A stretch of 63,681 nt of DNA, the filler included, from Hausera hauseri (taxonomy: Eukaryota), in assembly GCA_046269625.1 (NCBI GenBank). It is 12 parts of 12 records of this genome, joined end to end, with 100 filler letters (N's around TTAATTAATTAA, not from the genome) between each part and the next. Parts side by side here need not be neighbours in the genome. Positions count along the whole stretch, not along the records: positions 54,080 to 59,471 come from JBJURY010263842.1; positions 59,572 to 63,681 come from JBJURY010755542.1; 10 more parts are not named here. One strand, written 5' to 3'. This document shows positions 55,957 to 63,681 of the stretch, in pieces; the first letter of the stretch is position 1; every line of letters starts with the position of its first letter. The notes below the pieces were generated by a model. It did not search any database. It was not told where the DNA came from and saw only the letters and a list, made by a program, of their open reading frames with translations. A program made the translations under genes and the position numbers.

Positions 55957-57714
55957 TCATTCGGTTCTGTGTTCAGGTGAAAGCGTTGTACCATTTGCAG
56001 AAACCAACCTCCCCAAGAAAGAGACTTGTGTACGAACTGCTTGAAGTTTAGATTTACTAACTTTGAAACCTGCGTCATGCAGGTGAAGCAGGACAGCCTG
56101 TGTGGCTGTAAGACAGTCGTGTGCTGTTTCAGAGGCTATCAGTAAGTCATCAACATACTGTAGCAAAGTGGTGCCCCTGGGGAGTGGAAGCTGTACAAGA
56201 ATGTTCTTCAAGACTTGATTGAAAATGCCTGGTGATAGTGCAAAACCCTGTGGTAAGCGAGTGTATCTGTACTGACAACCGTTAAATGTGAATGAGAAAA
56301 TGTCACGCAGGTGTTCTGACAGGGGTAGGCAAAAGAACGCATTTGCCAAGTCAATGCAGGTGAACCACCTCTGCTGTGGTGTCAGCTGTGTTAACGCAAC
56401 ATAAGGGTTTGGTACTGGCGAAGTGGGTGTCTTAAGTATGGCATTGATTGATCTAAGATCGTGTACCATCCTATACTTCCCGGTACCTGCCTTCTCTACA
56501 GGTAGGATGGGAGTATTCCAGTCTGAGTGTGAGTGTTCGAGGACTCCTGCTCTCCATAAACCTTGGACTGTGTCGGTCAAACCTTGTTCTGCCTCGGGTT
56601 TGTGAGAGTACTGATACAACCAAATGGGATCATTGTGGTTGAGTTAAAATTGGATTGGTGAGCATTTTACAAGACCTACATCCTCAGGTCCCTGGGACCA
56701 AAGAGTGGGAGGAAGTGTGTCTAACATTGGAGGAACATCTGAATGGTCAGTTTTTTCTCTGCCATGGTCTCTGGAGATCACCTCATGATCTAGCTTACCT
56801 ACATCATGAACATTAAAGTCAATGCTGTAACAATCGGTTGATGGTGAGTAAGCAAGCTGTGGTATTTGTGTTGGGGCCCAATCTGTGGCAGAAATAGCTG
56901 CCTTCACCATTGGGCCCAAGTCTTTAGCCTGATGTGTGGGAGCTAAAGCTAGTGAGACATGTGGGGCTGCCTCTGACGACATCCTGTACCACTCTAATTG
57001 GGGTGGCGTGAGGGTGACGTGAGAAGCCACGCCTTGTGGCCCTACTATGAGCCGGTCAGATGCTAGTGGCCACTCAGTATCCTGCAAGTCCTGTGCAAAG
57101 TGCTCCTTGTAGCAATCGTCAGAGTCACGGTCATAAAAGAGAGTGACATGGAGGGGATCGAGAGGTTGGACATAGGGACGCAGAGCATCCAGCCATGGCT
57201 TCCACAACAGGTAGGCCGAGTAAAGTCCAGAGTGGTCAGGTGTTTCAGGACACAACAGCGCCCAATAGATGTCGGCTACCTCCTCCTGTATTGGTTGCAC
57301 GAGACATTGTGATGTTAGAGAGGAGGGAGAGGCAGAACAAGTCCAGGTTACACCACTTGGCAGAGTAAAACGCAAACCAGTTTGTTCATACAAAATTGTT
57401 GCCCCGAGTTTCTTTAACAAGTCTCTTCCCAACAGGTTGACAGGAACATGTGTAGACAAGACAAATGGATGTGTCAATGATTGAAGTCCCGCTGTCACCA
57501 GGAGGGGTTCTGTTAGAGACAGTTTCTGTTGTACCCCAGAGAATCCAACCACAGAGACAGTGTCTGGTGTGGCATGTTCAGAAAACCCCTGATCATTAAG
57601 GGTCGAGTAGGTGGCTCCTGTGTCCACAAGGAATGAAAGGTCTTTATTCATGACCTTCATTCTCACCATAGGGTCTGCTCCTCCCCCTACGGTGTGATTA
57701 CTCTGTGGGGTGTG
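55957..57714 (-). pseudogene. pol: Pol: protease, 2H phosphoesterase and RT; nonsense TAA at 56646-56644
   Basis: FLVDTGA..NLLGRDLL, LHVTL and PHVSL, YVDD. ORFs 56644-57669 and 55957-56619 are in the same frame as gag. Confidence 0.9.
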
Positions 57715-59460
57715 TCATTGCTGGTAGTATCCACCTGGTGTTGTACGAGGGGGATCCTGCAGTCCAGGGTTAGGTGCCTGTGGCGCCATCTGGTGGTTGG
57801 GAGCCGAGTGAGGATGTGCTCCTCCTCTTTGGGCATGAGCCTGCTTGTGGTAACAGTCACGGGCCCAATGGCCTGGCTTCTGACAGTAATGGCAGACATC
57901 TTGTGCTCTGCTTCCCTGTGTGTAACCACGACTGAAGCCCCTGCCCCGAGAACCCCCTCTTCCTCCCCACTGTCCTCTAGATCGACCCCGAGGATATGCA
58001 ACAAGAGGTGGGTATTGGTTGGTTGCAGGACACTGATAAGCAGTTTCAGCCTGCACCATCTGCTTTGGCTCTTTCTTGGACTGAACTACGTCTCTGGCCT
58101 GTTTCAACTGCAGCTTTAAGAGCTGAGTTTGCATGTCTTTTAATTCTGAGGAAGTTGTGTTCTCCTCATCTGCAGCACACTGTAAGTGGTGGATAAGGTG
58201 ACGTTCCCATTGGGTGGCGTCTGCGGTGGGCAAGTCAGGATTAATTTTCATCGCTTTACTGACAGCTGCTGGCACACCATCAAGTATTGCTTGTCTGAAA
58301 AAATACTTCTGAGTGGCTCCTTGGCCATGGCAGTGAGTTCTATCGTACCATTCCTGTTTACATAAGTCTAAGTACGCAGTGGGGTTCTGACCTGGCTTCC
58401 AGGTGAGCTTAGGGACCCCTGTACCCTCTGGGAGGGGATAAGCCTGTCTAAGGGCGACGGCAAGCCGTTGATACTGCAGCGACATGCAAGTTGAGTCGGG
58501 AGTATGGCGATCCCAACCAGCTGCTTTTTCAATCTCGTCCATCCTAGTGGAAGTTACACATCTTCCCAAAAGTGCTCTCATATCTCCAACAGCTAAGGTA
58601 ACACCCTTAGTAAGGGAGTCCACAGCGTTCAACCACTTACTTCCTCCTTCTGTAAGGGGAGGGAGTTTGTCCACTAACGCCTGTACGTCGCCCAACGCAA
58701 GAGGTTTGTAGCGTATCTGATTTCCTGTCTGCAATAGGGGATAAGAACCAGAACTGGGCAGGGCAACCAGAGAGGGGTCTACCTCTTCTGAGGGGAGGGA
58801 ACCACGATCTGAGCTCTTATCCACGTAAGTGGATTGAGGAACAGATTGTGCATGTGGTGGGAGAGTTGCCAGCATGTCGGATGTAATTCTTATCGACTCT
58901 GGCCAGAATGGATTGTGTGTGTTACGAGGGTACTGTTGTGGTGTGGCGGAAGGTGATTGTTGTGTATAGACCGCCCTGTTATCCCAGCCCTGCAGACCAG
59001 CGGGCGTGGGACTGTGCTCCACCTCCCCATGAAAACTGAGGGGAGGTGGTCCCAATGATGCAGGGCAAGGAGAAGCGGGCAGGCGATGTGGAGCAATGAT
59101 CGGTGGACATGACTGTGGAGTGGTTGGCTTGATGATATACGGCTCTATATCTGAAGACGTCAGAGATACTTCTCCATCATGTGCTACAGGGTTGTGTTGC
59201 TGAGCTGGGGCAGGAGACTCCTCCCTCTGCTGCAAGGGGGTCTCTTCCCCTACCTGTATCATGCCGTGCTTTATATGATATACTGGATACATTCCCTTAG
59301 AGGGAGGTGCTGATGGGCTGCTGTTTGAGGTGTAAGGAGGGGGAGCTGAACTAACCGCTTCCTCCACTTGCCGCTCTATCTGCAGTAAATGTAATACTCC
59401 CTGAGCAACAAAAACCAGTTTCAACCACTCCCTTCTTTCACATTCAACCGTCTCTTTCAA
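57715..59460 (-). CDS. gag: Retroviral Gag, 5' truncated
   Basis: PPPY late domain, capsid-like region, RG-rich segment and CHYCQKPGHWARDC. Confidence 0.9.
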   Translation of the reverse strand: MKETVECERREWLKLVFVAQGVLHLLQIERQVEEAVSSAPPPYTSNSSPSAPPSKGMYPVYHIKHGMIQVGEETPLQQREESPAPAQQHNPVAHDGEVSLTSSDIEPYIIKPTTPQSCPPIIAPHRLPASPCPASLGPPPLSFHGEVEHSPTPAGLQGWDNRAVYTQQSPSATPQQYPRNTHNPFWPESIRITSDMLATLPPHAQSVPQSTYVDKSSDRGSLPSEEVDPSLVALPSSGSYPLLQTGNQIRYKPLALGDVQALVDKLPPLTEGGSKWLNAVDSLTKGVTLAVGDMRALLGRCVTSTRMDEIEKAAGWDRHTPDSTCMSLQYQRLAVALRQAYPLPEGTGVPKLTWKPGQNPTAYLDLCKQEWYDRTHCHGQGATQKYFFRQAILDGVPAAVSKAMKINPDLPTADATQWERHLIHHLQCAADEENTTSSELKDMQTQLLKLQLKQARDVVQSKKEPKQMVQAETAYQCPATNQYPPLVAYPRGRSRGQWGGRGGSRGRGFSRGYTQGSRAQDVCHYCQKPGHWARDCYHKQAHAQRGGAHPHSAPNHQMAPQAPNPGLQDPPRTTPGGYYQQ

Positions 59461-59914
59461 CTTCCTGTACTNNNNNNNNNNNNNNNNNNNNNNNNNNNNN
59501 NNNNNNNNNNNNNNNTTAATTAATTAANNNNNNNNNNNNNNNNNNNNNNNNNNNNNNNNNNNNNNNNNNNNGACAAAATTCTGTTACAAAAGATTTAAAA
59601 GTGGTGGTAACTGCAGCGGTAGAGTGTGAGTGGTATTAGTAGCGTTTGTTTCTATCGAACGCTGTGGTGAGTAGTAGGGTATGCAGATACTGAAGCGGAT
59701 TTCAGGATGTAGTATGCGGCGTTTAGCAAAATATTCAGGGGGAGGTGGCGTGATGCCTGTCAGGTACCCTGGTAGGCAAGGTGAGACAATTTTTGTATTT
59801 TTTTTTGTTCTTGTTAAATAATAGTGCTTTTGTATAATTTTATGCTTTGATAGGTAATTGTACTTGTATTTTGTGTATTATTTTATGTATGTAGGTTATC
59901 CGGATAGGTGGTGG

Positions 59915-60650
59915 GGTAGGTAAGGGGAGATAATTTTGTTAAATATTTATGTAATGTCAGCAAATTATTGTCCTTGGGTGTTTCGTAATGCATATTATTT
60001 GGCAGGAGGCTTGAAGGAGTGAAGAATTAATTCAGGTGAGCTAGAAGTGGTAACTCTGTCAAGTATCGGGTAGGTAAGGGGTCGAAAATTTTTAAAAAAT
60101 TATATGTGTATGTAATGTCAGCAAATTCTTGTCTATAAGTGGCTACCGTTTTCTTTATGTTGTACGTCTTAATAATGGTGAGTGTCGTCAGCAGAGTCGG
60201 GCGAGGTGGATACCGGGATAGTAGGGAAGATAGTTTTGCAACTTTTTAAGGGGTGGGTTGGTGGTTATGTAATATTGTGTTTTTTTTTAGCTTACTTTGT
60301 CCTAGATTGGTATAGCAGTCATTAATATACGATAAAAAGCTCAGAAATGTGTAATGGTGGTGTCGACTTGTCCTATCCGTGGCTGTTGGGGACGTATCCA
60401 TGGTGGTTGAGGTCTTTGTGGTCATCATCACCACATGACTAACATTTCCCAAGGACTGCGTCTTGTCTCTGGTATTTGAGGTCTTCAGGACTAGGTATTT
60501 GGAGTGTCTGTTGTCTGTTGTGGTGATAAAGGTATTAGTCATCACAATCAGGTGGCCTGTTGTAAAAGGAAAAGGGACGTTATCAGTGTTGTTAGGTTAG
60601 TTACCATCATCAGATTTCCTGATGTTAATGGTATTAGGCAGCAACATGCA
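59915..60650 (-). repeat. Left arm of a ~735-bp diverged inverted repeat
   Basis: Colinear reverse complement of 62408-63141 (e.g. ccatggtggttgaggtctt / aagacctcaaccaccatgg). Confidence 0.9.
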
Positions 60651-61180
60651 CACGAGAGCTGGGTGACGGGCCGCAACCCCAGGAAATGGACGGCAATCGT
60701 GGTAGTCAATTATGGCTGAGGGCAATGACCCCAGGAAACTGGTGGCATGCATGGCCGTCAAGCATGTCTTCGAAAGGCGACCCCCGAAAACGAACGGCGT
60801 TCACTGCCGTCAAGCACGTCTTTGGAATTCGACCCTGGAGAAGCTAATGCATTGTGTGTGGTATGACGTTGGCGTCTTGGCAGCGCTTAACGTAAGTGTA
60901 TCTTTTTACACTTTACATCCAAAATGTATAAAACAAAGCGCATTTGTGTTAAATGTTTCAGTTTTTTCAGTTAAATAATGGGTGACTCAGAATGGAACGT
61001 CACAAGACCCTGATGATGGCAGATACATCAAAATGTTGTGATGAAATTTGAACCATAAATGATAATTCTCAAGGCCATATGGAGAAAGTATATCAACGAG
61101 TTTACATTTCACGTCCTGCAAATGGCATATTTGAAGAACCTCTAGATAATAGTACAACTGGCACTGTTGACTTAGCTCCA

Positions 61181-61380
61181 CAGGTTTAAGAAGTTTAAAG
61201 TTGGTTGTTTGGATGAATACAGCGTTTCACCCCGGGACCTGGCAAAAGACGGCTTTATTCAAGCTGGACCGTGAGATGTAGAAACGTGTGTATTTTGCTA
61301 GAAGACCCTAAGAAATTGGTAACTTTAAGATTCCGCGGAGAGAGAAAATTGGAGGCATTATCCGGATTGTCCCTTTGTTC
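61181..61380 (+). pseudogene. BIR (inhibitor-of-apoptosis) domain relic
   Basis: VSPRDLAKDGFIQAGP*DVETCVFC*KTLRNW*L*DSAERENWRHYPDCPFV follows the BIR consensus with four in-frame stops. Confidence 0.8.
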
Positions 61381-62070
61381 GAAAGCAGTGTGAACATTTG
61401 AGTATTCCATGCGATCAAAATATCGCCAATAATTTTGGGTCAGAATAATATTTCTGTGACCTTCTTTGTTGTCTTATTACTTGGTAGGGTCGGTTCGTCT
61501 TTCTAAGGGACAGCTTTTTTCTACCCGGTTTTTACTTGTCGGTGTAATTTTTCCCGCCATTTAACTGCCTTTCGTGGGAAAACTTGTTCATCCATGTTAG
61601 CATGGGGTTTTTTTCTGCTGGCCGATTTCAAAGTAATAATTAAGATCGCACATCCACCTGGTGATGATAAAGATGCTAAGCCATTACGATAGATGGAGAG
61701 CCCACTCAGAGGTAACGGCAACACCTCCAACCTTGCCAGCAAGCTCACGAACTTCATCATCACAGTATTCAGATACCGTCATATCCCCAAGTGACTATGA
61801 CATTATAATAACGGATAAAGAAGCCAGGGGAAGGTGCCGACGGCAACGATGACGAGGAACCGCCAACTAAGACATGTCGGGTGCATAAAAGGTAAAAAAT
61901 TTTAAAATGTTAGAAATGTGACCGCCTCTGTCTGTGTATGTGTGTATGTGTGTGTTACACTACGCACACCAGTCTTATCGTCACCTCTGCTGAAAACTCA
62001 TATAGACACTACCTTGGCCAAGGCCCACATCTCACCTCTGTTAAGAAAAAACTTGTCGTTATATAAACAT

Positions 62071-62300
62071 TGCCGACCTGAAAAGCCGACTTGGAATAAT
62101 GGCCAACATGAAGGTCCGACTTGAAAGGCCGACCTGCCTATGACTGTGTTGTATGAATAAAATTAATATTTAAAATTCTATGTGAATGAAGCAGGAAATA
62201 TGCCCGACCTGAAAGGCCGACATGAAAAGATGGCCAACCTGAAAGGAAGATCTAACCTGGAAAGGTGGCTGACTTGGAAAAATGGCCGACATGAAATGCT
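62071..62300 (+). repeat. Degenerate short repeat array (ggccgac-c/t/a-tgaaa)
   Basis: About ten imperfect copies in two clusters. Confidence 0.7.
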
Positions 62301-62407
62301 GATGATGGTAACACCAGATGGCTAACACCTAACACCGCTTCTATCTCCCCCTTCCTTATACGATCCAGTAAGTGATGGCGGCTAATATCCCTATACAACC
62401 AACCGGG

Positions 62408-63141
62408 TACATGTTGCTGCCTAATAACACTAATATCAGGAATCCTGATGATGATGACTAACCTAACAACGCTGATAACTTCCTCCCTTCCTTTTATAAA
62501 AGCTCACCTGATTGTGCTAACTAATACCCTTATCAGACAACACACACTCCCAATATATAGTCCCGCAGACCTCAACCACCAGAGACAAGACCCAATCCTT
62601 GGGAAATATTAGTCATCTGGTGACGATGACCACGAAGACCTCAACCACCATGGATCCACTCTCAACAGCCAGGGACAAGACAAGACGACAGCCCCATTAC
62701 ATAGACCTGAAGCCCTTTATCAGATACTAAAGACTATTGTAACACTCTTGGACAAGACAAGCTTAGAAGAAACACTATATTACATAACCACCAACCCACC
62801 CCTTACAAAGTCACAAAATTACCTCCTGCTGCTACCTCGGTATCCACCTAGTCCAACTCTGCTGTCGACACCCACCATTATTAAAACTGACAACATGAAG
62901 AAAACGGTAACCACTTATGGACAAGAATTTGCTGACATTACACAAATATATACAATTTAACAAAATTATCAACCCTTTACTACCCTGTAATTGACAGGCG
63001 TTATCACTCCTGTCTCACTCGAATTAATTATTCACCCTCTTTAAGCTCCTACCAATTTATATGGATTACCAACCACCCAATGACAAGAATTTGCTGACAT
63101 TACATAAATATTGTAAAAAATTATCTCCCCTTATGTACCCC
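62408..63141 (+). repeat. Right arm of the diverged inverted repeat
   Basis: Reverse complement of 59915-60650. Confidence 0.9.
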
Positions 63142-63172
63142 GCTAACTGTCTGTTGCAAAAAACAATGGACC

Positions 63173-63348
63173 TGTCCTGGATAAGATTTGGACAGGTTTT
63201 GTTAGAAACCATAGATTTGTTCTGGATAAGATTTGGACACGTTTTGTAAGAAACCATAGATTTGTTCTGGATACGATTTGGACAGGTTTTGTAAGAAACC
63301 ATAGATTTGTTCTGGATAAGATTTGGACAGGTTTTGTAAGAAACCATA
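63173..63348 (+). repeat. 45-bp tandem repeat, about 4 copies
   Basis: ctggata.gatttggaca.gttttgt.agaaaccatag at 63177, 63222, 63267 and 63312. Confidence 0.95.
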
Positions 63349-63429
63349 GTATGGTCAAATAGTAACAACTGATGACCAGAAAGGAAAGGCCTTTTTTGTC
63401 AGGTACCTTCAGCAGACCAATCAAGATGA

Positions 63430-63681
63430 CATAGCTCAACGCATGACAATAGTGGCAACATTAACAACAACTATAGGAACAATACATGAAACAGAAGATC
63501 TAGTAGACATTGAGGATGTTAAATATGCCATCCGCCGGGCATCTGAAGGCGCACCAGGGCCTGATGGAATAAGATATAGTTTACTAAAAGACAATGAAGA
63601 TGATCTGGTAATCAAGATTACAGAAGACTTCAATAAGAGTCTGAAGACAGGTAGTATACCAGAGGAATGGCTACACAGCTA
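63430..63681 (+). mobile_element. Start of a LINE reverse-transcriptase region, running off the window
   Basis: DVKYAIRRASEGAPGPDGIRYSLLK..FNKSLKTGSIPEEWLHS is the pre-RT domain-0 motif. Confidence 0.8.

Larger units (their letters stand above)
55957..59471 (-). mobile_element. Epsilon/gamma-like fish endogenous retrovirus fragment (gag-pro-2H-RT), no LTR in view
   Basis: gag with CCHC, in-frame pol after TGA, retroviral RT WNTPILPVEK, YRMVHDLR, IDLANAFF, RLPQGF, LQYVDDLL; pol is cut off after RT. Confidence 0.92.

Noticed and set aside
61181-61380. Alternative genetic code suggested by in-frame stops
   Set aside because: All three stop types occur, and frameshifts accompany stops throughout the window, consistent with ordinary pseudogene decay.

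Overview
This window is not one locus. It is 12 short eukaryotic contigs joined by artificial 100-nt spacers (44 N + TTAATTAATTAA + 44 N), apparently from at least two and probably three organisms. (1) An AT-rich animal with roughly 40-50 nt introns contributes CsRn1-type Gypsy elements, DNA-transposon relics and decayed or truncated AVL9, RECQL, NUP93, DRC7 and LRRCC1 copies. (2) A teleost fish contributes an intact DIRS1 element, an epsilon-like endogenous retrovirus next to cfap206 exon 1, and a Rex3/RTE end. (3) One contig carries ingi/L1Tc-like non-LTR elements that resemble kinetoplastid ones. The strongest candidates for undescribed biology are: a chuvirus-like fusion glycoprotein placed upstream of a retropepsin in a Gypsy-like polyprotein (5497-10376); an intact ingi-like LINE with a coiled-coil ORF1 joined to ORF2 by an apparent -1 frameshift signal (A-AAT-TTT plus pseudoknot, 44981-45033); and a same-strand train of host gene fragments, AVL9-RECQL-NUP93. 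All family assignments come from recognising motifs by eye; no database search was run.
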